NCBI GenBank assembly: GCA_030141605.1
Contig: JAQGDQ010000314.1
Coordinates: 1-64,000 of the forward strand
From: Tubiluchus corallicola
Taxonomy: Eukaryota > Animalia > Priapulida
DNA length: 64,000 bases
Direction: 5' to 3'
In this document: one piece after another, positions 25,301-37,870 of the stretch
How the letters are laid out: each line of letters opens with the position of its first letter
Numbering within the stretch: position 1 is the first letter of the stretch
The notes under the pieces: generated by a model
Databases searched by the model: none
What the model saw: only the letters and a program-made list of their open reading frames with translations
Told to the model about the DNA's origin: nothing
Position numbers and translations under genes: made by a program

Positions 25301-28300
25301 ACTATTGACAGGTGTTGGGTTTATATACATATCATTTGCAATGATTTTATTGTTTATTTATCTGGTTTATCTGGCAAATAAAGATTTAATATATATATAT
25401 ATGTGATATATATATAATCTTTATTTGCCAGATAAAACAGATGAATAAACAAAAAAATCATTGCAAATTCATCATTCAGTGATAATGATTAGAAAACCAA
25501 CACTGCTTAATGGCAAATGCATCTGGTGCCAATTATAGTAATTCCACAAAGTGCAAAGTTAAAATTATAAGTACATGCAATATTAAAAAGATACACAGAA
25601 GAACTCATCACCAGAACTCTTATACAGTAGTCGCCGCTTAATAGACTCACTTTGGGACTGATGTGTTTTGACCCAATTAACCGATTGGTGTCATATTACT
25701 GCTATAGAAGTACGAGTCATCAACTTACTATGCACTGCAAAGGCTTTTAATCAATTTTAGAAACAAAGTAATGCCTAAATTCCTTTGTGCAGTTAAAAAT
25801 TAGAGAAAATATTTTAAAATATTAATTTATACAAGTGAATTAACAATAAATTAAAAAGTATATTTTTTTAAATCACACAAGTCGTTTTATTTGCAAAAAT
25901 TACGAAAATTCCTTCAAAGTTGGCTGCTCCATTTTCTTGCCAAGAAGTTGCCTGACAATGCATGATTTGCAACTAGAGCATCAAAAGGAAATTGCTAGGC
26001 AAGTGATTAAATGTTTAGCTTCCAGAAATTTTTTAGGTAGCAAGGTTAATTGCAGTAAGCAAGCGGGTAACAGATTCAAAGCAAAACCGCTAGGTTCATG
26101 ATAAAGGTACCTGTTTACAAGAAAAATGGTGCTTAACATGATTGTTTCTGCTTATGTAATGCACAAAAGGGAAGTAAAGATGACATAAAAGTAGGAAAGG
26201 CTGTTTGGGCACATACAAATGTCTAATTTTAAGTACGTGAAGGAAAAACATTGAGTCAATTAAGCGATTGAGTCTATTAAGTGTGAGTCTATTAAGCGGC
26301 GACTACTATACAATATTAGATCATATAAAATAATCAAAAATGCTATACACAGTTAGTACACAATAATTTAAATAAATTTTACTTGTGTATTACTTTTACT
26401 TTACAATAAAATTTAACTTGTGTATCAAAATAATAATAGAAACAAACTTTAGATTGGCACTATATACAGATGATTAAATAGAATTGCTGGCTTTTTCTTT
26501 GAATGATGTTTACATTTTCAAATTTTGGAAATGAACTGTAATGCCACAGATATTTATTTTTTCAAGTTTTTAGCATAAGTTAAATGCTACTTTTACCAGT
26601 TTATGAAATAGTTACTAGAAAATTAATTTTTGTGAGAAGATTATACAGTAAGCTTTACGTGAGTGCGAACGTAACTTTTTGTTGAGAAAAAACGATTTTT
26701 ATGTGTTTTTTGCTTAATTTTAAACATAATTATCAGTTATACTTCAGCAGTATATGTTTTTGTCTGTTATTTCTGCCTTATGCTATTTAATGAGAATGAG
26801 CATTAAATTAAAGTGTGATTAACAGGGCAAATAGCTTATTGGCAGCTTAATAAACAAGGTGGTTTGAGATTTTCGGCTGCTTGAGCATGAGCACGTGAGT
26901 CACTACAGATTCTTGTTCAATTACAAGGCCATGTTGGGTTCAGAAACTTTATCAATATAAGTTTATCTTCCTCCTAACAAAAGACAGTTTGGTTTCCTCT
27001 ATATGCCCTGCATAAACATTCTTAGAATTGTCTCTCATTGTAGCTCTTTGCCTTGCAGGTGATTCTGAATTTTCACTGGGATTTATCTTTCTAAAAATTC
27101 AGCTTCTGGCCAAAATTCTGTTAATTTTTCTCCTAGTAAAAATTTTTTTTGCCATTTGCCATTTTCAAAAAATGGACAATAAATCTGTAAATCTACGCTT
27201 CTGTGCTGTGCTGTACATGTGAAAGCTCTTATGAACCGGAGAATAATTCTCTACTTGCCTTCAGAAATTTTTGCTGCATTCAACTAAAATTGTCAAACAC
27301 GATAGACTGTTGAATATATACGTAAATTCTGTTCTCGGGTAAGTAATATAAAAACTTGATGTAAACGATATCCAGACGTTAAATTTTTAACCACCTATGG
27401 CTATTTGCTGAACAAGATTGTTATTGTGAAAACTCGGTTTTAATTTTCAATTAAGTCTGCATTATTTACTGCAAAAACTAACTTTGTAAAGTTTATATCA
27501 TTTGAGTTATTTAAAGTTTTGGAAACGAGTATGTCTAGTTAATAATATGGTTAATAATTCCAAATCATTTTTTCTGAATTCAGTTCTCTTGCAACTTGGG
27601 CAAATCACGTATTTTTGTTGTTTGTAAATCGCCTAGGTAACATGATTGAGGAGACGCAGCAGAAAATCGTTGACTGTAAAAACGAGTTACAACAAGCAAA
27701 GAGAATAAGAAAGAACAAACAAGGTGAGAGCCTTTCGTTAAAATATTGATCAACCAACGAGTTTGAGAATACTTTAGTTGTTTTTATTTTAAATTTTGAC
27801 CTATGTGCTGCCGTTATGCTTCACTACCTTTGCTTTACATAAATATGCCTGGGGTAGTGTGCATTATACGATATTGTACAGGTATGATATAATATAGAAA
27901 AAACTGTGTGTGTCAATGGTACCTGAATTTGTTGTATATTTCAATGAAATTTTAACATTTCCTCTGTGTTTGCTGCTAGTTTCTTAAAGGCTTTAAGGTT
28001 ATTTATAATATTGTCTTTAATTGTTTCTGTTTAGTTTGTATAATTTTGAATAATGTTACTTGTAGAATATGATGTTTTGGCCAAGCTGATCCAGCAGCAT
28101 CCTGATAGGCAAGAAACAATGAAGTACGTTCTTAGCTAGTAATTATAATTCTGAGTTAAAACAATTACATTTTCTTCACTTAGTGCCCCAATGAAATGCT
28201 GTGTGGGTTTACTAGAAAGCATTTTGAGAGAAAGTCAAAACTTGCTTGCTTATTTGTCCTACACACAATAATCACTTATAATGTTTCTTTCTTTTTATTA

Positions 28301-31300
28301 TGCAACCATATGTTGTTTGGAGAAATTTAATAAACAGCTGTGCAGGTGCCACGTTGCGGTTTACAGGAAAATGTTATTATTTTTTTTTTGGAAATGTTTA
28401 TGATTAAGTTTGCCAATTCAAATTGAGATACATTAAGTCCTTGCTTAATCGTGCTAATGTATTCTAACAAAATGCGACTTTTAGTGAAACATTGTTGAAA
28501 GAAGTAAGTCTTCCATAAAAAGTAAATTTAATGAATTGCGATACTTTCTAGATGCAAAAATCAGTACTGGTTAAATGATATAATTTAAACGTTTTACGAG
28601 TTACTTCTACTGAATAAATTTTGTTCTGTTTGTTTCAAAACACCTCTTTATTATATTTAGCTAGCAGGTTTCTCTTTCATTAACATTGAAGCCTACTCAG
28701 TTAACCGCTAAACACTGCATATTAAAAGCCTGGGGTGATCTTAGGACAATTTCATCTCGATACTCAGTCTGGTTGCTATAGCAACAGGTTGCAGGCAAAT
28801 TTTCTTCACGTAAAGTTTGAACTCAGGTGTCTGAAATGTGTAAATTGCAAACAGATCTCGCACTTTTAATAGTTGGGAAGCTGATTTATATTACTAGTGC
28901 ATTTTCAGAACAGAATAACGCAATATGTACTGTTTTAATCGAATTATCTAAAAAGTTGTTGATAAAATAAAAAATGGCTTGGAACAAAGTAAGTACGTCG
29001 TTAGGTAAATGTTTAGATTCATTAAAACGAAAACTTGCTAAATGGGGAGTTGTTAAGCGAGGACTTACTGTACACTGATAGCATGTTGCATGGATTCAGC
29101 CTTTGAGCTTAGTGCAATGTTGCTGAATGTTGCACAATGTTGCATAGCCAGTAGATCAGTAAGAAATTTGCATCTACATACTCTACATTCTGTATGAAAG
29201 TTTTTATGAAACGCAATAATGATGCAATTACTGTATTAAAAAGTAAGTTTTGTCAAATACAGATTAAAGAAAGTGCAGACAGGAATGGTAGCAAGGCAAA
29301 ATTCTGGACTTACAAAAACGATCAGTAATCATAGCCTACTTAATTTGATTTAGCACTAATTGTGGTTTGATCAAATTTGATTGCTTGCATGGTTCTAATG
29401 TCAAGCAGATAATAAGGTAATAGGATGCCAAGTTTTAGATTTCTATCTGTCTGGTTTAATTTTCCCTCAAATTTGGACAAATGGATTCATTTTAGCATTA
29501 ACAGGAATGATGTTGTATAATAATTACTGTCATTGAATGTGGTCATCAAAGTAACTTTGTTGGTCATGAAGTGTCACCATAACTAATTTGTTTAATTTTG
29601 TCAAGACAGTTAATTTATACTCAAAATTAAATTAAATCTTTACCTGTTTAAGGAAACGTCATGGCATTACACAGTCATTACTGTATTCACATGACAAAAG
29701 AGTAACTATTTTTATCGTCGCTTTCTGACTGTGTTTCTTCCTTAATTGTAGAGAGCTGGAAGTATTGGAAAAGGAGCTAAAAGATTTCAAGCGTGAAAAA
29801 CAGGCACTAGAAGACAAGGTATCTACATTATTGTTATTGAAGTTTTTTCCCACCGTCACTACCCTGTTTAGTTTAGCGTTTTTAAGCCGCATCACAATAG
29901 AATTGTTGTAATAGTGTCGTTATGTGTTTTAGTGCAAACTATTGAAGATTGCAGTTTCTGTTTAGTCTCCATTTTTAATTTTGATGCATTAAGCATTAAG
30001 TAAATACAGTCAACTCCGTGTAACTCGAACATCTCGGGACCAGTAAGTGTGTTCAAGTTATCCTAGGATACGTGTTAGACAATGTTCGTAAAAAAACAAG
30101 ATTGAGTCGCTTACCAACATCGGTCAATAAACTACTGTGGAAATGACAAACAGTATTTTTGAATAATCAAAAGTAAAATGACTGGTCCACTTCTATTGTA
30201 GTCTGAGTAGTATGGTTAATAGAATTCGGCAATCATAATGTGATTTAATTATTAAACCGCGTTCGATAAGCTGTGCTGTGTTCAGCCTTCTGCCTAGGTA
30301 ATACAAGAAATCTTAGCATTTTTTGCTGAAAGTAGTTGTTAAAATCATAATGTGGTACACGCTTTTGCACAGGATTTCTCGTTTGGGAGGTTGTTTGAGA
30401 TAGGCCGGGGTAATTTCCATTAGATTCTAATAAATTGTACTCCCTGTACTATTCAATTTGAGTTTCACAATAATTTGAGTTACAGATTTCCAGTTATGTG
30501 ATGCTTAGTTAATATAAAAATGAAAGGATCTGCTCTCTCAGATCTGTTTGAGATACGTAAGAATTCGAGTTATACAGAATTTACGGTATATTAATGCGAT
30601 TGTTTATCAAGCCTGTATCTTAATTCCTGTTCTTAACAGATAACACAGTTGCTAAAATCTTGTACGTAGCTTGTAACAGTTATAAATATATAAAGTTTTT
30701 TTGCCATGTTAGTAAACATTTATCAGCATAACCAATTAAGGTTTTTCTTGTCAGATTAAGTTGGTACATTTTTGTTTAGGTTATTACTGAAGTGTGATAT
30801 CTTCTCTAGTTAAAACTGTGTAGTTTTATGAAACATAGCAAACAATTTTTTTGTGTTACCTATCTTTGTTTTCCATGTAATCGGAACTGAACATAATTAT
30901 AGGGCAGCTAAATGTAAAAGAGGATGCGATGCACTGCAATTTTTAATGAAAACAAATTAGATAGACCTAAGTGGTGAAACTTGCTAAACTACATTTTAAT
31001 GTTTGTTTGCATTTCAGTTTGAGTTGCGGAGGAAAGAATTTCATGTTCTTATGGTGTCAATCTGTGAGCTTACACGGTTGCTTGAAGGTGACTGCATGTT
31101 TTGTTTTTGTTTTGCTTATTAACCTGTAGTTTAGCAGGAAAGGAATTGGCAAATATTAACAGCCTATTTATTAAACCCAGTTTTGTGACTATGCCCTTTG
31201 CTTCTGTTGGCTCTCTTGTCTTACAAATATGCCAAACAGAACAATATAATTTGAGATTCGTGCGCACTGCTCTCAGTTCACTGATTTATATCACTTGCAG

Positions 31301-32748
31301 TCTGTAGGTCAGTAACATGCTAGTTAAAAAATGATTACTAGTAACCAGTGGTTTTCATTCAGCACAGATTTTGTCTTTGCCGGAATTGACTAATACTTAG
31401 TCTTCATGTCATTGGACTTTTTCACACCTATCACTTTTCCCACCTCTCAATATATTTTACGGTTACTAGATGATGAATTCCGGTATGGAATAATTATACC
31501 CTCTTTATAGGTGATTCAAATAGACAAATAACCCAGATCTAAACTCATGCAGTAATAAACTGTATATATAATACTGATATAAAAATAATTTATTGTTTTG
31601 GCACCAATAGTCTGCTCTCAAGACTTACCGTATATACTCGCATATAAGCCGAATTTAGAACTATAAAATACAATACTGAAATCAGGGGGTCGGCTTATAT
31701 GCGCATGAAACAAAATGAACACAAGGACAGACACTAATGCCAATTTTCCAGCCACACATTTTCATCGCTATCTGACTCTTTATTTGGTTGTGTGTCACCC
31801 AATGTATAATTTCTTCTATTTCTTCTAGTATGTAACATAAAAGTAAGCATTTTACATCTTTTTAGTAAAAAATTTCTATGAACCAAAAATACCCAATTAA
31901 CAAAATGTGACAAAAAGGGATAAATTTTGTTAATTGGGTATGGAGTAAAATTAGACAAGTTGATGGTCGGCTTATATACGGGTTTTTGCAAAAACTGGCC
32001 ATTTTAAAGCACTTTTAGGGGGTCGGCTTATATGCGATGTAGGCTTATATGCGAGTATATACGGTACACACAGTAGCTTGAATCATTCAGTAGTAATATG
32101 AACACTAATTCACCTATAATTATCTGTGATATGATACTAAATTACTGGTATGTTACTGCTATGGCGAATCTGTTGCTACACGTCCAGTTCCTTTACCATT
32201 TCCTTTGTGAATGAAAAAATTGTTGCTCAATTTTACCTGTGTGGTCTTAACAGTGCCAACTAATTGAAATTTAGCGAAAATCCGGTCATTTAGTGCGACT
32301 TCACAAGACTACTATCCCAGTATCCCTTCAGTCACAGTTACAATATAGTAGTGCTGGCAATTTGGCTTGCTGTACAATTCACAATAGTCAAAGTTTAGGG
32401 CTTTAGGCATTTATAAACACCGGCAGTCTTGGAATTTGTTTAGCTGGTACTGGTAGGATTAATAAAGTAGAATTAACATACTTTCTTCTAAAAAATTACA
32501 TGTTGTTATAATGTATTGTGTAAATCATTTGTTTAAAATGTTTTATCTGGCTTTAACCTGCTGCTCTGCTTTATTGCCACTGAATTATCGAGTTACTTTT
32601 TCAGTTTCAAATTGGTATGACAAAACGGTTTTGCACAGTTTAGTAAAATAACTAAAAATGAAGAGTTATTAAAAGCAACTCTTTATTTATTGCAGCTGAT
32701 GAAGAACGCACAGACGAACAAGATGTGATAATTATGGATGTGTCATAG
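22336..32748 (+). CDS. THOC7: THO complex subunit 7 (TREX mRNA export), 8 exons, 198 aa
   Basis: Exons 22336-22348, 24631-24751, 25096-25223, 27637-27723, 28066-28123, 29752-29818, 31018-31087, 32696-32748 are GT-AG with matching phases (597 nt). MATDDDIIRRKLLIEGDGTGSDTRIN...QAKRIRKNKQEYDVLAKLIQQHPDRQET...EDKFELRRKEFHVL is a close match to THOC7. Confidence 0.95.
22750..23760 (+). mobile_element. Decayed CR1/L2-group LINE reverse transcriptase in THOC7 intron 1
   Basis: Frameshifted RT motifs occur in order: FFFQPTTPEEI, SLLPVFSKTYER, NQLGF, GMFCDL/DTVDHNILLHKL, QFADDI, KLTLN, EFLGVIFHEYLDW. Confidence 0.85.
25311..25620. repeat. Tail-to-tail pair of retroposon-like 3' ends around a (TA)n tract
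   Basis: 25334-25386 and 25416-25468 are inverted copies (about 3 mismatches in 53 bp) ending CTGGCAAATAAAGATT. The right copy extends to about 25620 and matches another copy at about 39265-39478. Confidence 0.8.
25625..26308. mobile_element. Tc1/pogo MITE
   Basis: About 26-bp TIR: TA|CAGTAGTCGCCGCTTAATAGACTCAC...GTGAGTCTATTAAGCGGCGACTACTA|TA. Confidence 0.88.
28431..29070. mobile_element. Tigger/pogo-like MITE
   Basis: TA|CATTAAGTCCTTGCTTAA...TTAAGCGAGGACTTACTG|TA. Confidence 0.7.
30007..30586. mobile_element. Degraded Tc1/pogo MITE
   Basis: TA|CAGTCAACTCCGTGTAACTCGAAC...TTCGAGTTATACAGAATTTACGG|TA. Confidence 0.65.
31628..32064. mobile_element. Tc2/pogo-type MITE
   Basis: Perfect 23-bp TIR CCGTATATACTCGCATATAAGCC with TA flanks and internal GGTCGGCTTATA repeats. 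Confidence 0.92.
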
Positions 32749-32866
32749 CAGTTATACTAGTACTGCTATACTTCTGTGCATTTTAAACTAAAATTGTATT
32801 GCTGCCCAAAGTTATTGATTCAGTGTTGTGACAGAATGGGAGGTGCCGCGCATTTATATTATTATA

Positions 32867-34197
32867 CAGTCAAACCCCGGTAATACGATTTGGCTTGTAA
32901 CAAAACTCTCGGTAGTATGAATATTTTATTATATCCCTGCCAAGCTTATAATAAATCCATTGTGGTCACGTATGGTTACTACGACACTCATTAATACGAA
33001 AATCCCGATATTCAGCCAGATATTCAATGCACAGTACAGACTTCATTACAAATTTTGCTTATAAGAACGTAAAACAGTAAAATTACTGATTTCTTCAAAA
33101 CTTAGTAATAAAATGTGAGTGAGTTAATTACAGCACAATTTTACTTTGATGAATTTTTTCGTGTTAAAAATTTTTTACAATTTAAAAATTAATCATTGAA
33201 ATGAGTGTACAAACAACTACCTGCAGTCAAATTGTTGATTTCCAAATGCTTACCACTGTGTTCAAAACTTACCCTTGTAGCTTAAAGCTAGTACTTACGA
33301 CTGCCTGGTTTCCCATCGCTAAATGGCTAGGCCTCATTTATAATATATCCAATTGTAATATCATAACAGTGGAGTAAAGTTAGTCGCATATTTGGTTATT
33401 GACATTGTGATGTATCACATTACAAAAACTACATTTGTAGTAGCAACACACTGAAGACTCTCTGGCACTGCTAAGCCCTTGCTTGCTTTAGAGTTTAAAC
33501 AGGGTTCAGTTTCAGCGGCGGATTATGATTTTATGGGCCTTAGGCTTGAGCTTGGAACGGGCCTTTTAAATGTTGCTACACTGCTGAGCTGACGTGTTTT
33601 TGTGGAGCTCTTGTCGTTTGTAAGTTTGTTTAATTTTGTTTAAACAATTTATCACTGATGCATATTGAGTCAGATATGTTGAAAAAAATGGACTTTTCAG
33701 AAATTATAATTGACTTTGCCCCCAAAAAAAGTTCGGAAACTGAAATTTTGAACTTAAACTTAAACTGTGTCAACGTGAATTGTGTAAACTTAAATTGTGT
33801 AAACTTGAATTGTGTAAACCCGATTTGAAATATAGTGACTGACTTTTGAAAAAAAAACTTTTTTCTATATTTTATTTTGGCGGGCCCCTTGCTCTTTTGT
33901 CAATTTATTTTTTTTACAAAAAAAAAATTTTTTTCGTTTTATTTTGCTGGGCCCCTTTTGATCCCGGGCCCTAGGCTTCAGCCTATAGGGCTATTCGCTA
34001 CAGTTCAGTTTGCTTTAGGGCTAAACAAGCTTAAATTATGCTCTCTGACAAAAGAAAACCGATGAAGAGACTTCACATCCGTTAATTTCTATTTATATTA
34101 GAAGTAAAAGTACGTTTAATGGATAGTACGAAACCTGCTTAATACGAAAAAGTGTTTTGGTCTCGTGATAACGGGATATATTAACAGGATTCAATTG
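32867..34197. mobile_element. Degraded Tc1/pogo MITE with a nested hAT element, just 3' of the THOC7 stop
   Basis: TA|CAGTCAAACCCCGGTAATACGA with repeated TAATACGA motifs; degenerate right end TATTAACAGGATTCAATTG|TA. Confidence 0.55.
33513..34003 (+). mobile_element. hAT (Tip100/ZMYM-like) deletion derivative
   Basis: Exact 8-bp TSD TTCAGTTT (33505-33512, 34004-34011); left end CAGCGGCGGATT; GGGCCC subterminal repeats; residual hAT transposase C-terminus LNNLSLMHIESDMLKKMDFSEIIIDFAPKK at about 33640-33730. Confidence 0.8.
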
Positions 34198-35214
34198 TAC
34201 ATATGTATGTCTGTCATTTAATTTGGACTGGCATTAGCAAAATCTTCAGGTCCCAAGCTAGTATGCAGAGAATTGAAAATTTATGTGGACAACAGCTAGG
34301 TTCTGTATTTAATCTGATGCTAAATGTTTACATGCTGTTACCTTTTTCAGCAGAAAAACGTTGTTTTTTCGAGACCGTATATGCCAGTATAACCTTTTGC
34401 ATACTTTAAAATGTTAGTTCTTCTACTGCACTCCGTTTTCAGTCTGTTAAAACAGACATTAACAGACAAAAACAACGCGCACTTTTCCATTGTATTTTTA
34501 TATTGATATCTCGAATTTCCGTGTGTACTACAAAGATACAGTAATAAATGTATATTTTGTTTTGACCTTTTTGAGCACTGAACTCATTTTTGGTTTGCGT
34601 ATTTCATACCCGGCACAATTGTGGTCACTTTTATTACTAATAAATGATGCAACTTAAAAGTGAATCCAGCAGTGAGAAACCAGAGTTAATAAAGTCAGCA
34701 AGGTATAACTTTTAACTATAAAAATAACTTGTTGATAAGAGGAGGTACTTAAGAATTGCATCCTGTTCTGTTTTTTAACCCATGATGGCAAGAAGAACGT
34801 TCCTGTATACACGCTCATAGGAAAAACAAGTCAATTCTAATTTTCACACCATTCTGGCACTAGTACATAAGATTCATCAACTAGTGCCATAATAATAATA
34901 ATTTATTGAATATTTAAATTGCATTAACATTAAATATTTGAGATTTGTTGTGCCCCTTTCATTAAATTTTAAACCTCTTTTGACGTCTATAACACTTCTC
35001 AGAGACCTGAATGCCAAGCGTGATTAAAATTTTGAATCACTTTGAACGTACAAGTCATAAAAATGATCTTTTTTCGCATTTTACACTAACTGACTTTGAC
35101 AATGTCTTTTGCGGTAATGATTATGATTCATTATGATATTTAACCTTTGTTCAATATGACTGTTTTGCACTTTTTTGTCGCAGATTGATAGTTATGTGCG
35201 CTAAAATAGTTACC

Positions 35215-36453
35215 CTAAACTATGGAGTGGTAAAACGGACTGAGTCCTCGCCACACATCATTGGGAGCTACACATTTCCCCTCTGTAACCCACCAGTTAA
35301 ATAAATCCGTGTAACGGGTTGTGTCATTTGCATGATTCGTGTGCAACATGTAGCAAAGTTTGCAAAAAGGGTTGATAGTGGGCGTTATTATGTGCGTCTC
35401 TTTCCACTGAAAATATTTCTGGTAAGCCTCCTCGTGGTCATTTAGATAAAGCAGATACCTGGCCAGTTCTTCTGCAGTTTGGAAGTCATTTACGTTTATC
35501 ACAGAATGAGGGGGCGCCACTTGAGAATAGTTCGCACCGCCCATCACAACCGGAACCACATAATAATCTAGCACGGAGAACAATTTTTCCGTAACGTAAT
35601 CTCTGCAGATTGAATTCTCAAATGCAAGATAGAACTTGTACTCTCTTTCCAGCATCTGGAAGCAAAAGTTCTTGGAAGATCCTCCTGAGCATTTCAGGGA
35701 TCCGCAAGCACCGTATACGTCAACTTTTATGAATTTCTGAAGCTCTCTTACATAGAGTTCTCGTCTGCTGTTTGTTTTACAGTTACTAGCAATCCACGCC
35801 ACAAGCTTAGTCTTACCACGAACTGCAGAAACCATTTCCTCGTGCTTCTTACTAACTTTATTTTTCGAGGTGTGATTATTGTCGTTTCTGATAAATGCTG
35901 GTGTACCTCCATACGACATAAGTATATCTGAGTCCAGACGATATGTCATGGACCAGTGGAAAATATTGTTTAACTTTTGTAAAGTAAAGTGTGGAGAATA
36001 TACTGGAGATTCGTTGAGGAAAAACACCCACTTTTGTCCAAATGTTACATTCTTGGGCATGATCCACTTATTTCTGAGGTGAACTACAACAGCATCAGCA
36101 TGGTCGATCATGCTTTTGTTTTCTGTTGTAGCACAGTAGTTAGAAAGCAACGGGTACACGTGCGAACATTTCTCAGCAAAGACGTCTTTGCCCAAACCAA
36201 AGCTGAAGTGCTTGGCACTGAAATAAGTATTCCAGAGCAGAATGACTTTTGTCTGATTGCGGGGTTTCGTCATCATAAGTTTGCCATTAGACACTGCTTC
36301 AGTTCTGACAAAGTTCACTTTACCAAGATTATATAAATCGTGCACGTAAAATAGCACAGTTTTGTAATGATGTGCGTAGATTCTGTAGAAACCGTAACTC
36401 AGGAATAATATCAAAAATGCCACAATGTATCGTTTAGTTTTACGCATTTTCAT
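35215..36453 (-). CDS. Alpha-1,3-fucosyltransferase (glycosyltransferase family 10), type II membrane protein, 412 aa, uninterrupted CDS
   Basis: N-terminal signal-anchor YIVAFLILFLSYGFY; motifs VILLW, ADAVVVH, WVFFLNESP, MTYRLDSDI, VAWIASNC, VDVYGACG, the alpha-1,3-FucT motif YKFYLAFENSICRDYVTEK, VPVVMG, YQKYFQWK and FCKLC. Confidence 0.96.
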   Translation of the reverse strand: MKMRKTKRYIVAFLILFLSYGFYRIYAHHYKTVLFYVHDLYNLGKVNFVRTEAVSNGKLMMTKPRNQTKVILLWNTYFSAKHFSFGLGKDVFAEKCSHVYPLLSNYCATTENKSMIDHADAVVVHLRNKWIMPKNVTFGQKWVFFLNESPVYSPHFTLQKLNNIFHWSMTYRLDSDILMSYGGTPAFIRNDNNHTSKNKVSKKHEEMVSAVRGKTKLVAWIASNCKTNSRRELYVRELQKFIKVDVYGACGSLKCSGGSSKNFCFQMLEREYKFYLAFENSICRDYVTEKLFSVLDYYVVPVVMGGANYSQVAPPHSVINVNDFQTAEELARYLLYLNDHEEAYQKYFQWKETHIITPTINPFCKLCYMLHTNHANDTTRYTDLFNWWVTEGKCVAPNDVWRGLSPFYHSIV

Positions 36454-37870
36454 TACTTTTACTATTCTTGGCTTTCATCATTGACATCACTCTCACATAG
36501 GTGTGTCACCACATTGTATTAAATGAACCCATTATCTGAGAGTAAGCTACTCTGACTACGTGGTGTTTACTTTCTAAACACCGACTTTGCCCTTTCGGTA
36601 CATACACTGCATGGATTACTAACTGGTACTAGAGAACTTCATATGCACATTCGCATTTAGAAATAATTGTATGCAATCGAAATACCCCTGTACTGGAATT
36701 GATACATTGATGCCTGCCAGCTATTTTTTTACTTTGATGCATGCACCATGTATTGTCAATACTATAATTAATTATCATATATGCACGCATATGATCTATT
36801 ATTTAGTTTTGTTTGGATGCAAGTTTTTTCTTTTCTTTTACTTTATTTTTTATTTTGTTATTTCATGGCGTAAAATACGTATGTGAATTTATATAATATC
36901 TAATTGCACATTTGCTAACTGCAGTGCATGGTAATACCGCTTACCCTACAATTTTATTTTTTATAAGTAATTGTGGCTGATTTAATAACTCTTTAGTTTG
37001 TTCGCCACTCTTCCCTTGAGTTTACATTTAATATTATATATGTAGGTAACTAAACTATTATTACGTAAGGAAAAATAATATGAATCTGATACTGTTCATT
37101 TGTATCAGTAGGGTACACGCGTCAATAGAACTTCCAGGAATTAGACGGGTGGAACCTGCAGGTGGGTATGATGAAAGCAGTAGCTGCAGGTAAAAATATA
37201 CTTGAATGTTATTAGGAGTTCTGAAAACAAACAAACAAACAAACAAGCCGTATCTACCAACTTGCAACAAACATTTACGGATAAGCTGGTTGGCTAATCT
37301 TAGTGGTTGTACGGCTCAGACGGATGAGCAAACAGATTTGAGCAAGCAGACAGAAATTCGAAACTAGTATGGCTCTGACATATTTTAGATAATTATCAAA
37401 GATATTGGTATGATGTTTCGTCTTTAGGCCTGCGTGCTCAATTAGCGCTGCACGGTAAAAATGACACACGAAAGGTTGGCACGGTAAAATGGCACAAGAA
37501 AAAAGTTGCGCGGTAAAATGGCACACGCATGCTCACGCACACTGCTGTGGAGATCGCTGACGTCAAGGAGAATTACATGGAACATCGTAGAATGTGCCGT
37601 CGGGATGACCGCTTTAGCGTCTGGATTGTTCTCGAACATTTGTTCGAGAAGTTTCTCCAGCGCGCTATATAAGGCGAAGCAGGCTGCCGACACGGGATCA
37701 CCGATCGCACATCGCACGCAGATCTAACACGCATTTATACTTGTATACTTACCTTTTCAGATATACTTAAACGTTTTCCAGATTTTCACGTTTAGTATAA
37801 TCATTTCTAGTTCCTTCATCTTTGTGTAAGAATTCTTGCTCAATAAAGTAATAATATTTAACGACGTGTT

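Noticed and set aside
31460-31575. Alternative last exon of THOC7
   Set aside because: AG sites are present but the peptides lack support; the exon at 32696-32748 has a better acceptor and a THOC7-like acidic tail.
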